DNA of 64,000 nt from positions 6,388,001 to 6,452,000 of the forward strand of contig CM075993.1 in the NCBI GenBank assembly GCA_038087875.1, given 5' to 3'. The translations under genes were made by a program, and so were the position numbers. Below are positions 12,090-23,870 of the stretch, piece by piece. The notes beneath the pieces were generated by a model, which was given only the letters and a program-made list of their open reading frames with translations, was not told the DNA's origin and did no database searches. How positions within the stretch are numbered: the first letter of the stretch is position 1; every line of letters starts with the position of its first letter. Origin of the DNA: Malacoraja senta (taxonomy: Eukaryota).

Positions 12090-12720
12090 GGACCCCGACA
12101 CAGAATTGATTTCTCTAGGTACGTCAGAAGCCTGTTCTGAGCTAACATTATTTCAAAGACGTTTCCTTAATTATGGCCTGATAACGGCAAAAAAACAAAT
12201 ACTTAAATTTTGGAAACACACATTAGTTCCTACAGTGAAGATGTGGATTTCAAACATGTTCAAGACACTACATCTGCAAAATATTAGGCTTGTCTTGGCA
12301 GAAAAAACAGATCAATTTTTCAAGACATGGACACCCTTCACCGAATTCTTACTAGGATAGTATGGTGCAACACAACTTTGGATTTAAATCCAACTATGGG
12401 TTGGGTGAGGTGGGCGGGGGGCGAGGGGCGAGGGGCGAGGGGCAGGTATATCTCCACTTTCTTTTCTTTTTTTTTCCTTTTCTTTTCTATTCCTCTCTTA
12501 TATCTTATATTCACTCTTTGGCCACTCTACTTTGGTAGTCCAGGGGTTCTATTTTTTCACTTTTCACTTTTTCCCTCTCTTGTTCTTTCTCTCTTCTTTT
12601 CCCTCATTTTCAGGTTAAAAAGGTTAAAAATGAAGCTGTACAATAATTGTATAATTTTACATGCCGAATGTTTTATTCTTGTACAATTGCTTCTAATAAA
12701 AATAATTTAAAAAAAGAAAA
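12090..12720 (+). mobile_element. L1-clade LINE 3' end
   Basis: ORF 12106..12360 (AKKQILKFWK...PTVKMW...FFKTWTPF), AATAAA plus A-rich tail, 16-bp TSD GAAAGTATCCAGAGAA (12074-12089, 12721-12736); empty site at 5209-5224. Confidence 0.9.
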
Positions 12721-13044
12721 GAAAGTATCCAGAGAACCGGTGGATGGCGTGGTGTAAGGCACGATAGTGTAAAGGGCTTGATTCCGTGCTCTATGTATCT
12801 GTGATCCTTCTACAAGAGTTTACCCATTGTTTGTTGAGTTTCCTTAAGATGTTTACATGGTTTCTGCTGATTGATTCTGTTGAGTGATGGCTCGGTGCTA
12901 TTTTCAAGGCTTAATTGATGCATTAAGCCAAGCCAACCATTAATTGTTGAAACCCAAGTGTAGGAGCCATTTATGTTTATCGTTGGCATATGATACTATT
13001 TTGTCTAGATATATCTTGCAGTATTATTTTGGACACTTGGGGGC

Positions 13045-13789
13045 AATAGACAATAGACAATAGGTGCAGGAGTAGGCCATTCAACCCTTTGAGCCAGCAC
13101 CGCCATTCAATGTGATCATGGCTGATCATCCTCAATCAGTACCCCGTTCCTGCCTTCTCCCCATATCCACTGACTCCGCTATCTTCAAGATCTCTATCTA
13201 ACTCACTCTTGAAAGTATCCAGAGAACCAGCCTCCACCGCCTCTGAGGCAGAGAATTCCACAGACTCACAACTCTCTGTGAGAAAAGGTGTTTCCTCGTC
13301 TCCGTTCTAAATGGCTTACCCCTTGTTCTTAAACTGTGGCCCCCGGTTCTGGACTCCCACAACATCGGGAACATGTTTCCTGCCTCTAGCGTGTCCAAAC
13401 CATTAACAATCTTATATGTTTCATTAAGGTGACCTCTCATCCTTCTAAACTCCAGAGTGTCCAAGCCCAGCTGCTCCATTCTCTCAGCACATGACAGTCC
13501 CGCCATCCCGGGAATTAACCTTGTAAACCTGCGCTGCACTCCCTCAATAGAAAGAATGTCCTTCCTCAAATTAGGGGACCAAAACTGCACACAATACTCC
13601 AGGTGTGGTCTCACTAGGGCTCTGTACATCTGCAGAAGGACCTCTTTGCTCCTATACTCAACTCCTCTTGTTATAAAGGCCAACATGCCATTCACTTTCT
13701 TCACTGCCTGCTGTACCTGCATGCTTACTTTCATAGACTGATGAACAAGGACCCCCAGATCCCGTTGTACTTCCCCTTTTCCCAACTTG
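13045..13789 (-). mobile_element. CR1 LINE, paralog of 5540-6278
   Basis: ORF 13198..13785 encodes the CR1 ORF2 C-terminus. Confidence 0.92.
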
Positions 13790-13793
13790 ACTT

Positions 13794-13949
13794 GGGGCGG
13801 TCATTAGGGGCACAGGTTGGTGTATATATATAAGGACATAGGGGACAGGAAGTGACAGGCACAGGGAGGAAGAGCATCCAGTTCTCATCAGACCAGGGAC
13901 AGAGCAGCCAGCTACAACTTGCATGCAGAATGAGGAAAACCTGGTACGT
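13794..13949 (+). promoter_or_regulatory. Putative Pol II core promoter with short first exon, copy 2
   Basis: GC box 13794, TATATATAAG ~13825-13834, CAGGAAGT, donor CTG|GTACGT at 13943/13944. Confidence 0.4.
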
Positions 13950-14636
13950 TCATCTCTTTGTTTGTACAACTACTTCTATAGACAAGCAACTAAACTGGAA
14001 ATAACGACAGGAAGATGTGTTCTATTGGGTCCGTGTAAGATCACCTCTACTGTACCTGTGTAGTAATGGCAAGTGGAAAAGAGGACACAGGAAAAGTTGA
14101 ACATTTGCCATTACACCGTGCACATTGATCCATGCACGAGGGCGGCACGGTGGCACAGCGCTGGCACCAACTAGAGAGCGGCCCTGACCCTCCCATCTAC
14201 CACATTTTGTGTCTATCTTCGATTTAAACCAGCATCTGCAGTTCTTCCCTCCCATTCACCTCACTGGAGACCCTTGGAGTATCTTTAATCAGACTTTACT
14301 GGACTTTCTCTTGCGCTAAGCGTAATTCACCTTATCCTGGACCTGTACACTGTGGACGGCTTGATTGCAATCATGTACGGCATAGTATTTCTGCTGACTG
14401 GATAGCACGCTTGACAAAATAACTTTTCACTGTACCTCGATACACGTGACAATAAACTCAACTAAACTGAACTTTTGTCCGACTCACCCATGCCAAGCAG
14501 GGTTTAATATTCAGCTAATTTCACTGGCCTTTGTTTGGCTCATGTCCCATCCATGTACCTGTCTAAATGTATTTTAAACATCTGCCTAGCACCTGCCTCT
14601 CCAGCTTCCACTGATAGCTTGTTCCAGTTTGCCACC

Positions 14637-14952
<316 letters not shown>

Positions 14953-15711
14953 AGAGATGGATTTGAACGAACCTTTCTATCCCAGGGTGTGATGTGTCCA
15001 ACGTCCCCATGTAGGGGGTGACGTCATGTGAAAATCTCAAGGGAAACTGTCCTTGAGCAGTTCCTCCACTTTAACTGCACAAATGAGCTGGGAAATGACA
15101 GGGAATGAGTATAATCGCCGCCAGGAATATTAGCCTTCCGCAGGAGATGAGTTTCTGCAAATACAATGAATGGGAAACACTGAGGATGCAAATTAAAAAT
15201 GTTTAGTCATGAAAAATACAGGAAGTTTTTAAAGAAGTATGAGAGGAATTACTGAAGTTGTGGACGCAGCCCTGACCAATCTCCCTCCATCTACACCTCG
15301 CGCTGCCTCGGCAAGGCCGGCAGCATAATCAAGGACCAGTCTCACCCCGGTCATTCCCTCTTCTCCCCTCTCTCCCATCAGACAAGAGGTACAGAAATGT
15401 GTAAACACACACAACTGAACCATCCTATCACCAACTGGAGAGCGATCCTGAGCTACTATCTACCTCATTGGGGACACTCGGGCTATCTTTAATCGGACGT
15501 TGCTGGACATTACCTTGCACTAAAGGTTATTCCCTTTATCATGTATCTGTGCATGATCGATTGTCATCATGTATTGTCTTTCCGCTGGCTGCTTAGCACG
15601 CAACAAAAGCTTTTCACTGTATCTCGGTACACGTGACAATAAACTAAACTAAACTGAACTGAATTAAACTAATGAGGAGCAAGTGCCCAAGTGGAATTAT
15701 GTCAAGAGTCA

Positions 15712-16041
15712 AGGGCCTGTCCCACTTTCCCGAGTTATTCACGAATTCTCCCGAGTTTTCAAACTCGCAGAATGTTCGTAAGGAGGCCGTAGGAGTCCGT
15801 GTATATATCGTAGCGGCTCGTTATGCGAGCCGTAGGTACTCGGGACATCAGGTAAGTCGTGACTTTTTTCCAGCCTGATGAAAAATGTCCACGAGTAAAA
15901 AAAATAGCCCTGAGTACCTCCGGCTGGCACAACGAGCCGCTACGATATATCCACGGACTCCTACGGCCTCCTTACGAACATTCTGCGAGTTTGAAAACTC
16001 GGGAGAATTCGTGAATAACTCGGGAAAGTGGGACAGGCCCT
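15712..16041. mobile_element. PIF/Harbinger palindromic MITE
   Basis: Long inverted arms AGGGCCTGTCCCACTTTCCCGAGTT...AACTCGGGAAAGTGGGACAGGCCCT; flanks TCA/TAA. Confidence 0.88.
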
Positions 16042-16243
16042 TAAAGGGGAGGCAAGAGTGACCATCAGGACCACTGGAAAATGATGCTGGAGAAGTAGTA
16101 ATGGGGTACAAAGAATAAGCGGACGGACTGAATACATTTTTGCATCATTCATCACGGTGGAAGGTACCAGAAACATGCACGAAATTTAAGAGAGTCGAGG
16201 GGGACAAAAGTGAGTGCAGTCGCTATTAATTAGGATATTAATG

Positions 16244-16700
16244 AGGCGGTCACGGTGGCGCTGCGGTAGAGTTCCTGCCTTACAGCGCTTGCAGCGCCAG
16301 AGACCCGGGTTCGATCCCGACCACGGGTGCTGTCTGTACGGAGTTTGTACGTTCTCCCCGTGACCTGCGTGGGTTTTCTCCGACATCTTCGGTTTCATCC
16401 CACACTCCAAAGCCGTACAGGTGTGTAGGTTAAACTCAGCGGGTGAGGCAGCATCTATGGAGCGAAGGAAATAGGCAACGTTTCGCTGCCTCACCCGCTG
16501 AGTTTCTCCAGCAGTTTTGTCTACCTTCGATTTTCCAGCATCTGTAGTTCCTTCTTAAACAGGTATGTAGGTTAATTGGCTTGGCGCATGTATAAAGATT
16601 GTCCCCAATGTGTGTAGGATATGTGCGGGGATCGCTGGTCGGTGCGGACTTGGTGGGCCGAAGGGCCTGTTACTGCGTTGTGTCCCTCAGCTAAACTAAG
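16244..16700 (+). mobile_element. HE1-type SINE carrying an inserted inverted Penelope pLTR unit (16434-16558)
   Basis: SINE is split; 17-bp duplication ACAGGT(G/A)TGTAGGTTAA at 16417-16433 and 16559-16575. Confidence 0.85.
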
Positions 16701-17403
16701 AAGGTGCTTGGGAAACTGGAAGGTCTGAAAGTGGGCCTGATGGACTACACCTCAGGCATCTGAAAGAGAGAGCTGTAGAGATTGTGGAGGCATTAGTAGT
16801 GATCTTTCAAGAATCACCAGGTGCAGGAATAGGTCCAGAGGTCTGAAAAATCATTAATATAACTCCACTCCGCTGAAATATGAGATGCTGTTCCTCCAAT
16901 TAGTGTTGGGCCTCACTCTGACAGTGAAGGAGGCCCAGGACAGAAAGTTCAATGTGGGGGAAGGAACTACAGATGCTGTTGAGAAGCATCCGCTGATAGA
17001 CACACAATGCTGGAGTATCTCAGCGGGACAGGCAGCATCTCTGGGGAGAAGGAATGGGTGGTGTTTCGGGTCGAGACCCTTCTTCGGACGAAGGGCGTGT
17101 GAGGTATCACGGGACATAGGTCGGGAGAGAGTGGACCAGGACAGAGTCGAGGTACGTGGAAATAATTTCTATGGGACAGGAGCAGGCAGAAACAATGGGT
17201 CTGCCGGGGCTGTTGTGTTTATGGATTTTGGGGAGAAGGTAAAACTGAAAGTTACTGTGTGGGGCTGAGATACTATGGGGTTGGAGGCTGTGGGGGGCAG
17301 ATAGTGTGGGAATGGGAGGGGGATTTAAAGTGTAATGTTATACATGGTTTGGTAGGTGAGTGGGCCTCTGTAAAATTCTCGCTAGTGTGCAGATGAGTTG
17401 TAA

Positions 17404-17610
17404 AGGGCCTGGCTCACATGGGCGTCATTTGCGCGTCACGCAGGTGGCGCGCGAAGATTTTGTGAATCCCAAAATCCTGGGGCACCGCGCGTCACAGCCT
17501 ACGCCACCACGTCTCACCACGCGCCATGCGCGCGTACTGCATGCCATGCGCGTGTCACGTGGGCGTCATGGCACGCGCGTGACGCGTAAATGATGTCGCG
17601 TAAATGACGC
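17404..17610. mobile_element. PIF/Harbinger MITE truncated at the Tc1 junction
   Basis: TAA|AGGGCCTG start; body similar to 1230-1392 and 42595-42828. Confidence 0.75.
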
Positions 17611-18107
17611 TAAGCACACAGCCAAGACAACGCAGGAGTGGCTTTGTGACAAGTTTGAATGTCCTTGAGTGGCCCAGCCAGAGCCCGGACTTGAACCCGA
17701 TCGAACATCTCTGGAGGGACCTGAAAATAGCTGTGCATCGACGCTCCCCATCCAACCTGACAGAGCTTGAGAGGATCTGCAGAGAAGAATGGGAGAAATT
17801 ACCCAAATACAGGTGTGCCAAGCTTGTAGCGTCATACCCAAGAAGACTTGAGGCTGTAATCGCTGCCAAAGGTGCCTCAACAAAGTACTGAGTAAAGGGT
17901 CTGAATACTTATGTAAATGTGATATTTCAGTTATTTATTTTTAATTACTTTGCAAAAATTTCTAAACACCTGTTTTTGCTTTTTTTATTATGTATTGTGT
18001 GTAGATTGATGATAAAAAAAAAAGAATTTAATCCATTTTAGAATAAGGTTGTAACGTATCTAGATGTGGAAAAAGTGAAGGGGTCTGAATACTTTCTGAA
18101 TGCACTG
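17611..18107 (+). mobile_element. Tc1 transposon 3' part (transposase C-terminus and right TIR)
   Basis: [11 protein letters not shown] and [17 protein letters not shown]...AAKGASTKY*; direct repeats GGGTCTGAATACTT at ~17897 and ~18081; ends CACTG|TA. Confidence 0.95.
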
Positions 18108-19540
18108 TACAATGCAAATATTCCCATTCTTTTTAGAAACTGTGGCGCAGCGGTAGAGTTGCTGCCTTCCAGCGCCAGAGACCCGGGTTCGATCCCGACC
18201 AAGGGTGCTGTCTGTATGGAATACGTTGGTTTTCTCCGAGATCTTTGCTTCCCTCCCACACTCCAAAGACGTGCAGGTTTGTAGGTTAATTGACTTTGTA
18301 ATAAATGTAAATTGTCCCCAGTGTGTGTCCCCAGTGCTATTGTATGGGATGCCATTGCTGGCTGGCGTGGACTTGGTGGGCCGAAGGGCCTGTTTCCTGC
18401 GCTGCACTGTCCTTTCGAAGATAGACACAAAATGCTGGAGTAACTCAGCGGGACAGACAGCACCTCTGGAGAGAAGGAATGGGTGGCGTTTCGGGTCGAC
18501 TTTGGGATGTGGGAGGAAACCGGAGGAAGCACACACAATCGCAAGGAGAACGTGCAAACTCCACGCAGACAGCACCTGAGGGCAGGATCGAACCCGGGTC
18601 TCTGGCACTGTGAGGCCCAGCTGCACCACTGTGCTGCCACTAACACTTTGTTCTGAGCCAGGCCAGACCAGGCCGAGGCAGAGTTAGATTGTGGAATGAA
18701 CTACTGTACCCATGGCTTTAACTTCACTTTTTCTGCAATCTCACTTCCTGTTCAAAGAACCGCAGCCAGTGCCACAGGTTCCTTTTCAAATTTACCTTTT
18801 CACAGACAAAGGACCCACCAGTCTCGTATAGGAACCTTGTTCTATATTAGTAACTAACAGAGGGAACAACCGAGATACACTTCTACTTTAATCTAAGATA
18901 ACAACGTCTACTTCTGTCATACATGGTGCTGGCATGAAGGGCCGAATGGCCTACTCCTGGCTGTACCTATTGTCTATTGTCACTCATGTAATATTTGCAC
19001 TTTTTCAGTCCTCTGGAAGTTCCATCAAAGCCCAGAAGAAATCGCAGCGTGCGGACGCAGCCCTGACCATCACACAAACCAACCTCCCTTCCATTGACTC
19101 CATCTACACCTCACGCTGCCTCGGCAAGGGCCAGCAGCGTAACCAAGGACCAGTCTCACCCCTGGCCACTCCCTCTTCTCCCCTCTCCCATCAGGCAACA
19201 GGTACAGAAGTGTGGATGCGCACACCTCCAGAGTCAGGGACAGTTTTGTCCCAGTTGTTATCAGGCAACTGAATGGTCCTTTTGCCATCTGGAGTGCAGT
19301 CATGACCTCCCATCGACCTTATTGGAGAACTTTGAACTATTGTTAATTGAACTTTAGCAATGTTAAATCTTACACTAAATGCTGTCCCCTTCACCCTTTA
19401 ACGTGTACCGTGGACGGCGTGATTATATTCGTGTACAGATGATCCACGATTTACGATGCTTCGACTTTACGATATCCCGACTTTATGATCTCACTTCCGG
19501 TCACGTGATCACATTGTATTAAACATTGTATTCGCACTAA

Positions 19541-21454
19541 AAGCCCTGTCTCACTGTGCGAGTTGACCCACGAGTGACCCCGAGTGAAAGACTCGTGGTT
19601 GTGTACGAGACTCCAAGTTTATGATCCAGAGTTTAACCGAGTTCCCACGGGTATGTCTAAGTTTCCCGTTTACTTCTCATTTCTGCGACATTCCAAGTTC
19701 GTCTCCCGAGTGTACCAAGTTCCTCTCCCGTTAATCTTGAGGCAACAATGTATATCGACGTGTTGAAAAATCATCACATGTTAAAAAAATGATGTCATGA
19801 TTTTTTTTTACATACTATAAAAAGCCTGCCTTGTTTAAATTGGCTCATTTGGAAATAAATGTCTGCAAGAAGGCTATTGGAGTCCAGGATGGTGATGTTT
19901 TTTGTTCGAGTGCTGTATGCAACAGCCCTTTATGTGATGCAAGGACGCTTGTGTAATGAAGGCAGAAGAGCGAGAGTAAAGAGGAAAATTAAGAAGAGGT
20001 CTCAGTGGGTGAAGCCCCTGTTTCAAAGGAGATCTCTCTTGGACAGTATGAAAAGCTGCTTAATGTGCTGTGCGAAGAGGATAAATCTGCATTTAAAAAT
20101 TTCATCAGAATTTCACCTGAGCTCTTTAATGAGCTGAAGAATTACAAGGTGGATGTGAAATCTCACCTACCTGTTTCAGTGACAGGCACCCGCAGCCAGT
20201 GAATGAAGACACCCCCATCTGTCTCCCCCTCCTCTCCCTCCACTCTCCACCCTCTCTCCTCCACCCCCCCCCCCCCATTTGGAAATGTCATCCCATCACC
20301 CATTCCTTCTCTCCAGAGATGCTGCCTGCCCGCTGAGTTAAAGAGTTCCCACTTGCAGCTGCATAACAGGCCAGTAAACACAATACTCATAGATAATATA
20401 CTAAACAAAGAAAATATATATTAAAAAATCCAGTATAATTGCAAAAATCCCAAAGTCCTTAGTGCAACCAAGGCAGTTTGTAGTTCATAGTTTAGTTAGC
20501 ATTTGTAGCATTCAAGGTTGTTGGTTGTTGGGAAGAAGTTGTTCTTGAACCTGGAGGTCATGGTTTTCAGATTCTTATACCTTCTGCTCAGCAGGAATGA
20601 AATGAGAGCATGGCCAGGGTAGTGTGGGTCCATGACAATGCTGGCTGCCTTTTTGAGGCAGCACCTCCTATAGAACCCTTTGATTCAGTAAAGTTCAGTA
20701 AAGAGATCGGGAATCTGGCATCATGGCTTGAGAATAAAACCCAGCCTTTAACATCCGCATAATGAAAGAGTTGGTGTTGTCCTACGGAACAGGGGTGCAG
20801 GAGAGGTGAACACAACCCTGTCTTCTTCAACAGCACTGGTAGAGATGGCTTCTGGACGTGACTGGCAAACCTCAGATTAGGCTGCCATGAAGTGTCATAA
20901 AATGTTCTCACGCTGTTCCTCAATACTGGTTTGTCTTAAGGTTGTGAGCTCAGTCCCAAATACACAAAATCAATATATAAACTTCAAGCAATTTTTTCTT
21001 TTCAGCCCACTCTGTCACCTTATCAATAACTTGCTTAACTTTGTTAAGCAGAATTTGTCTTTAAAAAGTCTATGTTGGTGTTCCTTAACTGATCCATACT
21101 TATCCAAGTAACTGATATTTCTGTCCCTGATTATTGTTTCTAAAAAGAGTTCCCACGGTAGACTCACGAGTCACAAAGTTAAACGCACGGGCCACTACGT
21201 TCTTACAACGAGTTTAAATGTTTCAAATTTTAACCTCAAGAGTACATTTTACTCGTGGAAAAGTTTAAACATGTTTGAACTTTTTCAAGAGTTAACAAGT
21301 TTCACGGGTACCTACCGTTAGCGCCAAGAGTCGCTAAGTTGCGTCCACGAGCTCCGACGTTCCCGCTACGTTAATTGTACGTGATTACCACGAGTTAAAT
21401 TTGTTTTAAACTCGGGGTCACTCGTGGGTCAACTCACACAGTGAGACAGGGGTT
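19541..21454 (+). mobile_element. PIF/Harbinger transposon, internally deleted
   Basis: ~45-bp TIRs AAGCCCTGTCTCACTGTGCGAGTTGACCCACGAGTGACCCCGAGT; TAA TSD (19538-19540, 21455-21457); frameshifted transposase N-terminus WVKPLFQRR / LGQYEKLLNVLCEEDKSAFKNFIRISPELFNEL at ~19860-20140. Confidence 0.88.
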
Positions 21455-21457
21455 TAA

Positions 21458-21829
21458 CCAACCTGATCTCCCGGTGGCTCAGCACTTCAACTCCCCCTCC
21501 CATTCCGAAGCCGACCTTTCTGTCCTGGGCCTCCTCCAGGGGCCAGAGTGAGTCCCACCGCAAATTGGAAGAGCAGCACCTCATATTTCGCTGGGCAGTT
21601 TACACCCCAACATTGACTTCTCCAATTTCAGATAGTCCTTGCTTTCTCCCTCCTTCCCCTCCCCTTCCCAGCTCTCCCACAGCCCAGTGTCTCCGCCTCT
21701 TCCTTTCTTCTTCCCGCCCTGCCCCCCCACCCCCACATCACTGAAGAAGGGTCTCGACCTGAAACGTCACCTATTCCTTCGCTCCATAGATGCTGCCTCA
21801 CCCGCTGAGTTTCTCCAGCATTTTTGTCT
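21458..21829 (+). mobile_element. Penelope-like element 3' end (GIY-YIG C-terminus, UTR and pLTR with hammerhead motif)
   Basis: PDLPVAQHFNSPSHS...KLEEQHLIFR...NIDFSNFR*; CTGAAGA...GAAACGTC at 21741-21768; TSD ACATTGTATT (19523-19532, 21830-21839). Confidence 0.85.
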
Positions 21830-22884
21830 ACATTGTATTAAATGCGTTTTCGACTTACGACATTTTTGATTTACGATGGGTTTATCGGAACGTAACCCCA
21901 TCGTAGGTCAAGGAGCAGATATCATCCAGTCTTTTATCTGACTGGATAGTACGCAGGCAAAAGCTTTTCACTGCACCTTGGTAAACGAAACTAAACAAAA
22001 CTAATTACAACCAACATATCCACTATCTCTGCAGCCACTTCCTTTACATCCCTGGGATGAAGGTCAAGATGCCCTCGAGATGTGAACCTTGTGTCCCATG
22101 AGTTTACCTGGCAGGTGAACCACCTGGATAGAGTGGATGTAGAGAGGATGTTTCCACTAGTGGGAGAGTCTAGGACCAGAGGTCATAGCCTCAGAATAAA
22201 GGGACATGCTTTTAGAGAGGGGATGAGGAGCAATTTCTTTAGTCAGAGCGTGGTGAATCTGTGGAATTCATTGCTACAGATGGCTGTGGAGGCCACGTCA
22301 CTTGGGTATTTTTAAGGCGGAGATTGATAGGTTTTTGATTAGTGCAGGTATCAGGAGTTATGGGGAGAAGGCAGGAGAATGGAGTTAGGAAGGAGAGATA
22401 GATCAGCCATGATTGAATGGTGGAGTAGACTTGATGGGCCGAATGGCCTCATTCTGCGCCTACGATTCATGAACATGAACTTATTTGATAGCTTACATTT
22501 AATATCTGTATTTATAATTTGTAATTTTTAGTCATCCTTTGCTGGTTTCTGAAACTCTTCAAAACTTCAGGCCGACCACTAAGTTCTTCTAGTAGAGAGT
22601 CAAGACTGTTTTATTGTTATATGTTCCCAGATAGGACAATGACATTCTTACTTGCTTCAAATAGTAGATATGTTGGTTGTAATCTGACAAAGAAATCGAA
22701 GGTAGACACAAAATGCTGGAGTAACTCAGCGGGTGAGGCAGCATCTCTGGAGAGAAGGAATGGGCGACGTGGTCTCGACCCGAAACCCTTGGTCTCGACC
22801 CGAAACGTCGCCCATTCCTTCTCCAAGGGTCTCGACCCAAAACGTCGCCCATTCCTCGACCCAAAACGTCGCCTGAGCCGCCAG

Positions 22885-23091
22885 CCCAAGAATCCATTCG
22901 GCCCGCAATGTCCATAGTACCCCTCTGGAAACCAGTCCCTTCAGCCCACAACACCCATACTAGCGCTCCAGAAAGCCCCCCCCCCCCCCCACTGGCCACC
23001 AATATTGGAATTGGTGGAGAGGTGGAATATTGCATTGGGTGACCAGCCCTCCGGTGTGATGAAGGGACCCAATGGATCCCACTTAGTCTAG
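22885..23091 (+). mobile_element. Non-autonomous Helitron 3' fragment
   Basis: Subterminal hairpin GGGACCCAATGGATCCC (23064-23080) then CTAG|T. Confidence 0.65.
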
Positions 23092-23102
23092 TAATATGCT
23101 AA

Positions 23103-23328
23103 AGGACCTGTCCCGCTTGGCGATTTTTTCAGCGACATATCAGGGTCGGCAAAAGATTTTGAATATTTCAAAATCCAGCGGCGACAAAAAAAATGTTGCG
23201 ACTCTTGAAGAAACACCGCGCGGCAATACGTCATCGCGCCGCGTCACACCGTGAATTTTTCGGTGACCTGATACGTCAGTCAATGATGCCGGCAGTCGCC
23301 GAAAAAAATCGCAAGTGGGGCAGGCCCT
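23103..23328. mobile_element. PIF/Harbinger MITE
   Basis: TIRs AGGACCTGTCCCGCTT / AAGTGGGGCAGGCCCT; TAA TSD on both sides. Confidence 0.85.
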
Positions 23329-23524
23329 TAACAGTAACTAACTTAAGCATAAATGGCTCCTACACACCAGCCCCTAATTGTTCTACGTATATGACGCAGT
23401 AATTACCAATAGACATTAAAAGGAGCTATGAAAGTTAACATATATCAAAAACAAAATAAATACTTGATAATAATGTCTTTGTTTGTACTACTTCAATAAA
23501 GGAATGTGAAAAATATACACATCT

Positions 23525-23870
23525 TCCAGATGCGCTGGGACGCATCCTCACTGGTGATCTGGGGTCATCGGGTGTTTCGTGCCTCACAACATCAGACACC
23601 CTCGCCCAGGCGACCCAGCCGGGGTTGATCAAGCCCCGACTTGCGTCCCAGCAGCAACCGCCCACGGATCAGCCATCTTAGTAACTACTCTGCAGGGGTT
23701 GGGAGATTCTAGTGCGTGGAGGGACTGGGCTCTGTGGGGTGAGTCCTGGCCGGGCTCCTCCTGCGTCTCACCAGGTTCAAGGCATGTGTGCTGCACCTCT
23801 TTCTCCTTCTCCGAGCAATTCATTCTCGCCTGGTGGATTTTTGGGCCACGGTGGCTCATTAGGCCTTTCC
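23525..23870 (-). mobile_element. Internally deleted HERO/NeSL-like non-LTR retrotransposon
   Basis: ORF 23629..23883 RGPKIHQARMNC...PGETQEEPGQDSPHRAQSL (N-terminal-like) joined to ADPWAVAAGTQVGA* (C-terminal-like), then a structured 3' UTR; recognised from memory of fish HERO proteins. Confidence 0.55.

Larger units (their letters stand above)
19434..21920. mobile_element. Tigger/pogo-like MITE split by nested insertions (own sequence ~19434-19532 and ~21830-21920)
   Basis: TA|CAGATGATCCACGATTTACGA start and ATGGGTTTATCGGAACGTAACCCCATCGTAGGTCAAGGAGCA end, resembling MER44/Tigger-type termini. Confidence 0.6.

Noticed and set aside
23570..23601. Functional hammerhead in the HERO-like 3' UTR
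   Set aside because: A9 is missing and the GUC overlaps CUGAUG, leaving no stem I; kept only as a structural note
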